From: Deltaproteobacteria bacterium CSP1-8
GTDB taxonomy: Bacteria; Desulfobacterota; Deferrimicrobia; Deferrimicrobiales; Deferrimicrobiaceae
NCBI GenBank assembly: GCA_001443455.1
Contig: LDXO01000002.1
Coordinates: 25,865 to 89,864 of the forward strand
Direction of reading: 5' to 3'
DNA length: 64,000 nucleotides
Part shown: one piece after another, positions 51,635-62,357 of the stretch
Layout of the letters: each line of letters starts with the position of its first letter
Position numbering within the stretch: the stretch's first letter is position 1
Notes under the pieces: model-generated
What the model saw: only the letters and a program-made list of their open reading frames with translations
Database searches by the model: none
What the model was told of the DNA's origin: nothing
Position numbers and translations under genes: made by a program

Positions 51635-52957
51635 TTACAGGTTGTTTTCGATCCGGATCATCCGGGTCCGGTCGAGGACAACGGGGAGCCGGTCGGTTTC
51701 CGCGAGGGCGGCGCGCACGTCCTTCTCCTTCGCCTGGTGGGTCACGATGAAGATCGGAACCGCGCTCTCCTGCTTCCGTCCCTTCTGGATGACGGAGGAG
51801 ATGCTGATCTGGTGGCTCCCCAAAACTCCGGCGATCTTGGACAGGACGCCCGGCTTGTCGACCACCTGGAAACGGAGATAATACTCGGAGTCCACTTCGG
51901 GGAAGGGGAACACGAAAGTTCCTTTCCCGCCGAGCTGGTTGTGGAACCCGCTCGGCGGGATCCGGCCCGAGATTCCCTTCCCGAGGTTTCGCGCGATCTC
52001 GATCACGTCGCTCACCACCGCCGAGGCCGTAGGGAGCTTCCCGGCCCCCTGCCCGTAATACAACGAAGACCCGACGAAGTCGCCCTTCACGTAGATCGCG
52101 TTGTATGCGCCGCCGACCGTGGCCAGCAGGTGGTTGGAAGGGATCATCGTCGGGTGCACGTGCACCTCGATGCCGTTTCCCCTCTGCTTCGCGATGGCGA
52201 GCAGTTTGATCGTATACCCGAACTCGCGAGCGAACGCGATGTCCTGCGCGGAGAGGTGGCGTATTCCCTCGACGTAGATATCCCCGAGGGACACGTTCCC
52301 CCCGGTGGCCAGCCAGACGAGAATGGCGAGTTTGTGTGCGGAGTCGATCCCGTCCACGTCGAAGGACGGGTCGGCCTCCGCGAGACCGACGGCTTGCGCC
52401 TCCGCCAGGACGTCCGGGAATTCCTTCCCCTCGTTGGTCATCCGGCTGAGGATGTAATTGCACGTTCCGTTGATGATCCCGTAGATCTCGTTGATCCGGT
52501 TGGCGGCCAGCCCCTCCCGCATCGCCCGGATAATGGGGATCCCGCCTCCGACGCTGGCCTCGAACCCGATGTCCACCCCGGCGGCGGCCACGGCCCTGCT
52601 GATCTCCTCTCCGTGTTCGGCCAGAAGGGCCTTGTTCGCGGTGACGACCGGTTTCCCCTGTCGGATCGCATCGAGAAGGAATTCCCGGGCGGCCCCCTTT
52701 CCGCCCACAAGCTCGAGCACGATGTGGACGCCCGGGTGCCGAATCACCTGGAATCCGTCGGTGGTCAGAATTTCCTTCGGCAGCGAAATCCCGCGGTCGC
52801 GCTCGAGGTCAAGATCGGCGACTTTCACGATCCGGATGGGGACTCCCACCCGCCGACGCAGGAGCTCGGCGTTGTCCTGCAGAAGCTTGACCGTCCCGGA
52901 TCCGACGGTTCCGAAACCGATGATCCCGATTCCGATTTCCTGGACCGCCCGGGTCAT
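51635..52957 (-). CDS. hom: homoserine dehydrogenase (with C-terminal ACT domain)
   Basis: '[14 protein letters not shown]', '[10 protein letters not shown]', and a C-terminal ACT-like '[22 protein letters not shown]'. Confidence 0.93.
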   Translation of the reverse strand: MTRAVQEIGIGIIGFGTVGSGTVKLLQDNAELLRRRVGVPIRIVKVADLDLERDRGISLPKEILTTDGFQVIRHPGVHIVLELVGGKGAAREFLLDAIRQGKPVVTANKALLAEHGEEISRAVAAAGVDIGFEASVGGGIPIIRAMREGLAANRINEIYGIINGTCNYILSRMTNEGKEFPDVLAEAQAVGLAEADPSFDVDGIDSAHKLAILVWLATGGNVSLGDIYVEGIRHLSAQDIAFAREFGYTIKLLAIAKQRGNGIEVHVHPTMIPSNHLLATVGGAYNAIYVKGDFVGSSLYYGQGAGKLPTASAVVSDVIEIARNLGKGISGRIPPSGFHNQLGGKGTFVFPFPEVDSEYYLRFQVVDKPGVLSKIAGVLGSHQISISSVIQKGRKQESAVPIFIVTHQAKEKDVRAALAETDRLPVVLDRTRMIRIENNL

Positions 52958-54150
52958 CTTGCCCTGGCTTTGACGGGAGCTTGCAGGACGGCCTTCGCGC
53001 CGCGGATCGCCTGCCGGATCCGGTGCTCGTTCTCCACCAGGGCGAACCGCACGAACCCCTCCCCGTGCTCTCCGAAACCGACGCCCGGGGAGACGGCCAC
53101 CTTCCCGTTGGTCAGCAGCAGCTTGGAGAACTCGACCGAGCCCATCGTCCGGAAAGGCTCGGGGATCGGGGCCCAGACGAACATCGTCCCCTGCGGCTTC
53201 GGGAATTCCCAGCCGATCCTGGCGAAACCGTCCACCAGACAGTCCCTTCGCTTCCGGTAGACCTCCACCGCCTCCTCCACCACCCGGTACGGGCCGTTCA
53301 GCGCCACCGTGGCGGCGATCTGGATCGCCTGGAACATCCCGTAGTCGAGGTAGCTCTTGATGCGGCCCAGGGCCCCCACCATGCGCTTGTTTCCCACCAC
53401 GAACCCGACGCGCCATCCGGGCATCGAGTACCCCTTGGACATCGAGTACAGTTCCACCGCCACGTCCTTGGCCCCGGGGACCTGCAGGATGGAAGGGGCC
53501 TTGTACCCGTCGAACACGAGGTCGGCGTACGCGAGGTCGTGGACGACGAGGAGATCGTTCTCCTTCGCGAACTCGATGATGCGCCGCAAGAACTCCAGAT
53601 CCACCACCTCCGTCGTCGGGTTGTGCGGGAAGGAGATGATCAACACCTTCGGCTTGGGCCAGATGGTCTTCATCGCCCTGCGGGTCCGGTCCAGGAAGTC
53701 CCCCTCCCCGCTCGTGAGCGAGATCGAACGGACGTCCGAGTTCGCGATGACCACCGAGTAGGCGTGGATCGGATAGGTCGGGTTCGGGACCAGGGCGATG
53801 TCCCCCGGGCCCATGATGGCCAGAATGAGGTGGGACAGCCCTTCCTTGGCGCCGATGGTGGCGATCGCCTCCGTGTCCGGGTCGAGCTCCACGTGGTACT
53901 TCCGCCTGTACCAGTTACAGATGGCGAGGCGCAGCTTCGGGATCCCCCGCGAGGCGGAATATCGATGGTTCCGGGGGTTCCGGGACGCCTCGATCAGCTT
54001 GTCGACGATATGCTTCGGCGTCGGGAGGTCGGGATTTCCCATCCCGAGGTCGATGATGTCCTCACCCGCCTTGCGCATCTTCGCCTTCAGGTCGGTCACG
54101 ACAGCCAGAACGTACGGCGGAAGCCGCTTGATCCGTGGAAACTCTTCCAT
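52954..54150 (-). CDS. class I/II PLP aminotransferase (AlaC/aspartate aminotransferase-like)
   Basis: '[12 protein letters not shown]', '[11 protein letters not shown]', '[15 protein letters not shown]'. ATGA overlap with hom. Confidence 0.9.
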   Translation of the reverse strand: MEEFPRIKRLPPYVLAVVTDLKAKMRKAGEDIIDLGMGNPDLPTPKHIVDKLIEASRNPRNHRYSASRGIPKLRLAICNWYRRKYHVELDPDTEAIATIGAKEGLSHLILAIMGPGDIALVPNPTYPIHAYSVVIANSDVRSISLTSGEGDFLDRTRRAMKTIWPKPKVLIISFPHNPTTEVVDLEFLRRIIEFAKENDLLVVHDLAYADLVFDGYKAPSILQVPGAKDVAVELYSMSKGYSMPGWRVGFVVGNKRMVGALGRIKSYLDYGMFQAIQIAATVALNGPYRVVEEAVEVYRKRRDCLVDGFARIGWEFPKPQGTMFVWAPIPEPFRTMGSVEFSKLLLTNGKVAVSPGVGFGEHGEGFVRFALVENEHRIRQAIRGAKAVLQAPVKARAR

Positions 54151-54209
54151 GTTGGTTCTCCTGGGAAGTGTAAACAAGATATGCTAATGAATCTGGCCGG
54201 GTAAGTCAA

Positions 54210-54253
54210 TTTCGGCATCGGGCATTTCGGCATCGGGAAATGTCGGCATCGGG
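54210..54253 (+). repeat. three tandem copies of a 13-nt motif T(T/G)TCGGCATCGGG spaced 15-16 bp
   Basis: Copies lie at 54210-54222, 54225-54237 and 54241-54253, in the divergent gap between the aminotransferase start and the glgB remnant. Confidence 0.75.
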
Positions 54254-54256
54254 AAA

Positions 54257-54922
54257 ATGTGCTTCCGCAGGATGTATGCCTTCTCGGAAAACTTCGTCCT
54301 GCCCCTCTCCCACGACGATGTCGTGCACGGAAAGGGTTCACTCCTCGTCAAGATGCCCGGCGACGAAAGGCAGAAGTTCGCCAACCAGCGGGTGCTCCTC
54401 GGGTACATGTACGGCCAGCCGGGGAAGAAGCTCCTCTTCATGGGAAACGAGTTCGGCCAGTGGCGGGAATGGAACCACGACAAATCCCTGGACTGGCATC
54501 TGCTGGGATACCCGGCTCACGCGGGGCTCTCCCGGTGGGTGGAGGATCTGAACCGGACCTACGGAAGCAAGCCCACTCTTCGCGAGCTCGATTTCGATCC
54601 CGCGGGCTTCGACTGGGTCGACTGCCACGACGCCCTGCAAAGCGTCCTCAGCTTCATCCGTAGGGGTCGTTCCACCGAAGAAGTCATTCTCGCCGTCTGC
54701 AACTTCACCCCCATCCCTCGCCACAATTACCACGTGGGCGTCCCGAGGGGCGGATTCTGGCGGGAGATTCTGAACAGCGACGCCCGGGAATACGGCGGAA
54801 GCGGCCAGGGCAACATGGGAGGAATCCATGCTTCTCCCACGACTTTCCATGCACGCCCTCACACCCTAAATCTCGTCGTACCTCCCCTGGCGGCCGTGTT
54901 TTTCAGGAGCGAGGGCCCGTAG
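54257..54922 (+). pseudogene. glgB: 3' remnant of 1,4-alpha-glucan branching enzyme
   Basis: The 221-aa ORF covers only the C-terminal third of GlgB ('FSENFVLPLSHDDVVHGKGSLLVKMPGDERQKFANQR...'). No N-terminal CBM48 or catalytic-barrel coding sequence is present upstream in any frame. Confidence 0.8.
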
Positions 54923-54929
54923 CCATGCC

Positions 54930-55223
54930 TTAAGGAATCCCCTCGAGGATCCGGGCCATCTCTCGAGCCGAATATGCCCGGAGAGTCTCGGACTTGACGT
55001 TCCCCGACGTGCCCAGGCCCAGCATGAGGCGGCTGACGGCTTCGTCATCCGGGGCCTCCATGACCACCACGACGTCGTAACGCCCCATGGTCCAATGGAT
55101 TTCCCTGACCTTCACCTTCATCTTCTCCGCCATGTTGTGGAACGCCTTTGCCCGCTTGGTCGTCTCCTTCACCGTCCGGATCCCCTGGTCCGTCCAGTTG
55201 AGCAGGCTGACGTAGGTCGGCAT
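54930..55223 (-). CDS. GYD-domain protein
   Basis: 'MPTYVSLLNWTDQGIRTVKETTKRAKAF...GRYDVVVVMEAPDDEA'. Confidence 0.8.
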   Translation of the reverse strand: MPTYVSLLNWTDQGIRTVKETTKRAKAFHNMAEKMKVKVREIHWTMGRYDVVVVMEAPDDEAVSRLMLGLGTSGNVKSETLRAYSAREMARILEGIP

Positions 55224-55292
55224 CGCCCTCCTCCTTTCAGTGCGCCTGATGCGCCATGGTATAGCGGAACGGGTGTGACGTCCGTTAACAGG

Positions 55293-56027
55293 TCAGAAAC
55301 CGAGATGTTGGAGAAAATAGGGCATCTGCATTCTCCACCACGGCCAGTCGTGGGCCACGTCGTGGCCCCAGATGTCGATCCAGGCCGGGATCTGCTTCTC
55401 TTCGAGAATCCGCTTGAGCTCTATTGTGTCCGCGAGGAATTTGTCTTCCTGGTCCCCTTGACCCACGCAGGCGACGAAGCGGTTGCGCCGGTACCGTTCC
55501 AGGTACCACGGGTCGGTGAGGTTGGGGAGATAGGCGAGCGGTACGTTGAAATACACGCTCTCGTCCATGGCGTCGCCGATGTAATGCCTCAACTGGTAAA
55601 AGCCGCTCAAGGAGATCACGGTGTCAAAGATATCCGGGTGGTGGAGGAAGAAGTTTGTCGAGTTGTACCCTCCGAAGCTGCACCCGGTCGCCAAGATCCC
55701 GCCATCCCCACGGCGCCAATGCACGTAAGGAACGACCTCTTCGACGATATACCGCACATATTGATTGTGCCGCCTTGCGCGTTCGGCCAGGGGAGCACCC
55801 TCGTTCAGCCAGGTCTGGAAATAGATGCTGTCCACGGTGAACATCTGGATCTTGCCCCCGTCAAGGAAAGACCGGCAAGATTCCACCATGCCGCAATCCT
55901 CGAATTCAGTGAATCTCCCCGTTATGGAGGGGAATACCAGGGCCGGTTTCCCCCCGTGGCCGTACACCTTGATTTCCATCTCCTGGCCCAGGTTCGGGCT
56001 CCACCACCTGTGATACTCGATGTTCAC
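55293..56027 (-). CDS. esterase-family alpha/beta hydrolase, paralogue E1
   Basis: A GTG start gives 244 aa, the same length as E3. It has the nucleophile elbow 'GCSFGG' and the conserved C terminus 'IPAWIDIWGHDVAHDWPWW'. Confidence 0.8.
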   Translation of the reverse strand: MNIEYHRWWSPNLGQEMEIKVYGHGGKPALVFPSITGRFTEFEDCGMVESCRSFLDGGKIQMFTVDSIYFQTWLNEGAPLAERARRHNQYVRYIVEEVVPYVHWRRGDGGILATGCSFGGYNSTNFFLHHPDIFDTVISLSGFYQLRHYIGDAMDESVYFNVPLAYLPNLTDPWYLERYRRNRFVACVGQGDQEDKFLADTIELKRILEEKQIPAWIDIWGHDVAHDWPWWRMQMPYFLQHLGF

Positions 56028-56080
56028 AACGATTTCTCCCCATGATGGAGATGTGCGGAGCTCTCCCCGCACCGCATTCT

Positions 56081-56247
56081 CTAGTGCACCGTCTCGCAAA
56101 TACCTTGGCATTCGAGCGCCGCTGCATCCGCTCCCGCTTCGTTGCGCTTCTTCACCATACTCAACGGTATGCCTCAGTCGCGCGCCTTGCTGGCGCGGCG
56201 CATCGACGCTCTCGGTGCGTCAAGCTATTTACGAGACGGTACACTAG
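56081..56247. repeat. MITE-like element with 22-bp terminal inverted repeats (copy C, inverted relative to copy B)
   Basis: Left end is CTAGTGCACCGTCTCGCAAATA. The right end, reverse-complemented, is CTAGTGTACCGTCTCGTAAATA (20/22 match). Sub-terminal similarity to copy B includes TGACGCACCGA. Confidence 0.65.
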
Positions 56248-56465
56248 CTTCTTGTCGGATCCGCAGCCGGATTTCTTTAGGAAAGGGTATCGGCGAAGCA
56301 TTTGTCTTCCCGATTCGCTCGGCTTGCGCCGTCGGCGACGCGCCCGTGGCATGACCAGGCCCGGTGTCGCGCGTTTTGAGGCAATATTTATAACAGAGTG
56401 ACGCAGGAAAGTAAACCTCGTCGTCCACAGCGCACCGATGTGGACGCTTCACACATGGATCGGCT

Positions 56466-56748
56466 TCATGGATTTTCGACCGGGGATGACACCGTGATTT
56501 CCCCGATAGCAAGTTGAAGGAACATCTGGTTCCGATCATAAAAAATCGAGCCTTGATCCGGCTTGTGGAAGTATCTTCCCGCGAGACGCCGTACGACTTC
56601 CTGAAACAAGATGGGACGGTCCTGGCTCGATTCGTGCTTGAGGAGCTTGGACGATCCGGTGGAATCGATGCGGCCGGACGAATTCCTCGATGGCTTTGAG
56701 CGCCGGATCATTCGCGTGGATGTCGCTCATCAGGAGGACTCTTTTCAT
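56466..56748 (-). pseudogene. decayed fragment of a metallophosphoesterase gene
   Basis: Only the N-terminal motif 'MKRVLLMSDIHANDPALKAIEEF' is recognisable. The frame then breaks (ORFs 56536-56748 and 56466-56711 overlap in different frames). Confidence 0.35.
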
Positions 56749-56784
56749 CGCAGGCAGCGGTTGCAGTCCCGCGGGCGCTAGAAA

Positions 56785-57360
56785 TCAGGAAATAACATCG
56801 CGCAGCTTTCCGGTAAAAGACCGGATTTCCCGATTTGTTTTCTTGTAGTTTCTCTTCCTGGGTTTCCTCCCGGCTTTTTTCAAGAATTCCGCAAGGCCGG
56901 TCGTTTTCTTGATGATCTTCTTCTTGGTCTTCCTGGATAGCTTCCCTTGAAGATGATCTGTCTCATCAAGAACGGCTTTGAGTTTCTTCCGTTGCTTCCG
57001 GAAATCAATATAAAACGGAATGTATTTTTTCTTTCCCAAGGGCCTCAAAGCTTCCTGGGCCCGGGTCAAGCTGTTTCTTATCCTCTTCATGGTTTCCTGA
57101 AATTCACGGCTGGTTTCCTCGTTTTTTCTTTCCTTGGATGATTCGATCCCGGCGGATAACGGATCCTGGCTCTCCTTGTAATGTTCGGCTGCCGAGTTCT
57201 TGATCATCCTTGCGTAATGGCTTCCGATCGACTTGATCGCGGCAAGATTCTCCTCCGGCATCTCATGGAGCTGCCGGATCGTCGTGACCCCATGCTCGTG
57301 AAGCAACTTCTTGCGGTAGACACCGACATGTTTCAGCCGGGCGAGATCGTCCTGCTCCAT
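56785..57360 (-). CDS. hypothetical protein: N-terminal helix-hairpin-helix-like domain + Lys-rich tail
   Basis: 'LARLKHVGVYRKKLLHEHGVTTIRQLHEMPEENLAAIKSIG' followed by a K/R-rich C-terminal half. It has the lowest GC in this part of the window. Confidence 0.5.
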   Translation of the reverse strand: MEQDDLARLKHVGVYRKKLLHEHGVTTIRQLHEMPEENLAAIKSIGSHYARMIKNSAAEHYKESQDPLSAGIESSKERKNEETSREFQETMKRIRNSLTRAQEALRPLGKKKYIPFYIDFRKQRKKLKAVLDETDHLQGKLSRKTKKKIIKKTTGLAEFLKKAGRKPRKRNYKKTNREIRSFTGKLRDVIS

Positions 57361-57485
57361 TCTCGTCGCCTCACGGCCGAAGTGGCGAAGCGGCCGTCAG
57401 ATTGTGCCGGCCCCCCACATCCTCCGGCCCAATTTCAAACGCCGGGCCCCAAGGGGGCGACAGGTTTCGATGCCTCCTCCTCCCC

Positions 57486-57911
57486 TCAGCCGTCGCCGGC
57501 CAGGGAGAGCGCCTTTTCGGCCTTCCGGTATCCGATGAGCACCAGGAGCGCCAGCAACGTGCCGACGGCCGCCAGCCCGTAGGCGCGCGCCCCCACGGCG
57601 ACCCCGATCGCGGCCACGATCCAGATGCTCGCCGCGGTCGTAAGCCCGTGCACCTGCAGCTCGGTGCGCATGATGGTGCCCGCGCCGAGGAAACCCACGC
57701 CGGCCACCACCCCGTGCACGATGCGCGTGGGGTCGAAGCTCGCCATCCCGAAGCTCCGCATCGCGTGGGGTGCAACCAGCAAGAACATCGTTGAGCCGAT
57801 GCACACAAGGGTGTGGGTGCGAAGGCCAGCGGGCTTGTGGGCCATCTGCCGCTGCAGTCCCACCAGCGTCCCGAGCACGGCGGAGAGGAGCATGGGGAAC
57901 AGATCGTCCAT
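57486..57911 (-). CDS. mgtC: MgtC/SapB-family membrane protein
   Basis: 'LSAVLGTLVGLQRQMAHKPAGLRTHTLVCIGS...GVVAGVGFLGAGTIM'. The start is at the internal ATG preceded by AGGAG. Confidence 0.8.
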   Translation of the reverse strand: MDDLFPMLLSAVLGTLVGLQRQMAHKPAGLRTHTLVCIGSTMFLLVAPHAMRSFGMASFDPTRIVHGVVAGVGFLGAGTIMRTELQVHGLTTAASIWIVAAIGVAVGARAYGLAAVGTLLALLVLIGYRKAEKALSLAGDG

Positions 57912-57951
57912 CGCTATCTCCTGGGGCGGCCCCGCGAGATCCCTTCTTGCA

Positions 57952-60142
<2,191 letters not shown>

Positions 60143-60877
60143 TCAATACCCGAGCTCCTTGAGAAAGTGGGGGATCATCTTCCTCCACCACGGCCAGTCG
60201 TGGGCCACGTCGTGGCCCCAGATGTCGATCCAAGCCGGGATCTCCTTCTCTTCGAGAATCCGCCTGAGTTCCAGGGTGTCCGCGAGGAACTTGTCTTCCC
60301 AATACCCCTGGCCCACGCAGATCACCAGGCGGCTCTGCCGGTACCAGTCCAAGTACCACGGGTCATTGAGGCCGGGAAGATAGGCGATCGGCGCGTTGAA
60401 ATAGACCCCGTCGTCCATGTAGTCACCGATGTAGAACCTCGGATGGAACGGCCCGCTCAGGGCGATCGCGGTGTGAACGAGATCCGGGTGGCGCAGGTAG
60501 AAGTTCACCGTGTGGAACGCCCCGAAGCTGCACCCGGTCACCGTGATCCGCCCGTTGCCGCAGCGCCCGGCGATGAACGGGAAGACCTCGTGTATAAGAT
60601 ACGCCTCGTACTGGTCGTGCCGCCTCACGCGGTCCGGCATGGGGACCCCCTCGTTCAGCCAGGACTGGGCATCCATGCTGTCCACGGCGAACAGATGGAT
60701 CCGGCCGTCGTCCAGGAAGGGCTTCAAGACCTCCACCATGCCGTAATCCTCGTATTCGTAAAACTTTCCCGCCTTGGTGGGAAACACGAGGATGGGCTTT
60801 CCCGCGTGGCCATACACCTTCATTTCCATATCCTGGTTCAGATTCGGACTCCACCATTTGTGGTACTCGACGTTCAT
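60143..60877 (-). CDS. esterase-family alpha/beta hydrolase, paralogue E3
   Basis: 244 aa with 'MNVEYHKWWSPNLNQDMEMKVYGHAGKPILVFP', 'GCSFGA' and 'IPAWIDIWGHDVAHDWPWW'. Confidence 0.85.
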   Translation of the reverse strand: MNVEYHKWWSPNLNQDMEMKVYGHAGKPILVFPTKAGKFYEYEDYGMVEVLKPFLDDGRIHLFAVDSMDAQSWLNEGVPMPDRVRRHDQYEAYLIHEVFPFIAGRCGNGRITVTGCSFGAFHTVNFYLRHPDLVHTAIALSGPFHPRFYIGDYMDDGVYFNAPIAYLPGLNDPWYLDWYRQSRLVICVGQGYWEDKFLADTLELRRILEEKEIPAWIDIWGHDVAHDWPWWRKMIPHFLKELGY

Positions 60878-60881
60878 GGGT

Positions 60882-62336
60882 CTACCTCCTTTTGTTCAGC
60901 GCCCTGTCGTACAAGGCGACGTATTCGCGCGCGGATGCCTCCCACGAGAAATTCATTTTCATCCCTCTCTGGACGATCGCTTTCCAGCGGCGGCTTACGG
61001 CACAAGCCGCAAGCGCCCTTGATATGGCGCTTGTCAGTTCCCCCTCGTTGTACCCGTTGAACTTGAAGCCCGTCCCGCCCGAAGGGTCTTCGTCGGCGTC
61101 GACCACGGTGTCCGCGAGCCCCCCGGTGTTCCGCACGACAGGGACCGTCCCGTACTTGAGGCTGCATATCTGCGTGAGGCCGCAAGGCTCATAGCGGGAG
61201 GGCATCAGGAAGATGTCCGCCCCGGCCTGGATCTTGTGGGCCAGCCGGTTGTCGAACCCGAGCCGGAGGGAGACCCTGTTCGGGTGACGTCGGGCGAGAT
61301 CTTCCATCGCCTCCTCGTATTTTCGCTCCCCCGTACCGAGCACAACGAGGCGGACAGATTGATTCGCAAGCCAACCGCCGATCTGTACGAGCAGGTCGAG
61401 CCCCTTCTGGTCCGTTAAACGCCCGATGAAGCCGATCACGGGCTCCGACACCGTCCCCGCCCAGCCGAACTCGGCGAGAAGGTCTGCTCTGCACGCCGTT
61501 TTCCCGGCAAGGCTGTGGTTCGAGTACCGAGCGGCGATCAGTCGGTCCGTCTTCGGATTCCATTCGTCGTAGTCGACGCCGTTCAATATCCCGAACAGGT
61601 CCTCCTGGCGCGCTTGCAGGATCCCTTCGAGACCGTAGCCATATTCCTTGGTCTGGATCTCCCGGCTGTAGGTGGGACTCACGGTCGACAGGACGTCCGA
61701 AAAAACCAGCCCCGCCTTCAGCAAGTTGATTCTTCCAAAGAATTCGATCCCTTGCGGTGTGAACAGCTCCCAACCGAGCCCCGTGAACGGCAGGTCATGG
61801 GTCCAGAAGAGCCCCTGGTACCCGATGTTGTGGAGCGTCATCACCGTCCCGGTGGAACGGAATGCTTCCTCGTTCGAATAGAGCGTTTTTACGTAGGCGG
61901 GGATCAGTGCGGTCTGCCACTCGTTGCAGTGGAGGATGTCGTAACGCCGGCCGGAGCGTGCAATCCACTCCAGGATCGATTTGCAGAAGAAGGCGAACCT
62001 CTCGCAATTGTCGACGTAGTCACCATCCTTCGTTCCATAGAAGAATTCCCTGTCGAAGTACCTGTCGTTGCGGGCCAGGAACGCCTTGACCCCGGTATCC
62101 GCGTCCGTCTCCATAACCACGCCGCTTTCCTCCCGGTGTCCCATGGGAACTCGAATTGCCGGGCCCGACTGCGACAGGGGGAACCCCTGTCGATCCAAGC
62201 CGCGGTAGAGGGGAAGGATGCAATCGGCTTCCACCCCGATCCTTCTGAGCGCCTTCGGCAGGGCTGCGGCCACGTCAGCCAATCCTCCCGTCTTCGCAAA
62301 GGGGGCCATTTCCGTGGATGCTATTAGGACTCGCAT
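60882..62336 (-). CDS. glgA: glycogen synthase (ADP-glucose type)
   Basis: 'MRVLIASTEMAPFAKTGGLADV', 'PSRYEPCGLTQ'. 484 aa. Confidence 0.93.
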   Translation of the reverse strand: MRVLIASTEMAPFAKTGGLADVAAALPKALRRIGVEADCILPLYRGLDRQGFPLSQSGPAIRVPMGHREESGVVMETDADTGVKAFLARNDRYFDREFFYGTKDGDYVDNCERFAFFCKSILEWIARSGRRYDILHCNEWQTALIPAYVKTLYSNEEAFRSTGTVMTLHNIGYQGLFWTHDLPFTGLGWELFTPQGIEFFGRINLLKAGLVFSDVLSTVSPTYSREIQTKEYGYGLEGILQARQEDLFGILNGVDYDEWNPKTDRLIAARYSNHSLAGKTACRADLLAEFGWAGTVSEPVIGFIGRLTDQKGLDLLVQIGGWLANQSVRLVVLGTGERKYEEAMEDLARRHPNRVSLRLGFDNRLAHKIQAGADIFLMPSRYEPCGLTQICSLKYGTVPVVRNTGGLADTVVDADEDPSGGTGFKFNGYNEGELTSAISRALAACAVSRRWKAIVQRGMKMNFSWEASAREYVALYDRALNKRR

Positions 62337-62357
62337 AACGTCCTTTCCTTGACAGCG

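Noticed and set aside
54210-54253. The tandem 13-nt repeats considered as a mini-CRISPR array or VNTR.
   Set aside because: The units are far too short, the spacers are 2-3 nt, and no cas genes or leader are present. They are reported as a direct-repeat motif instead.
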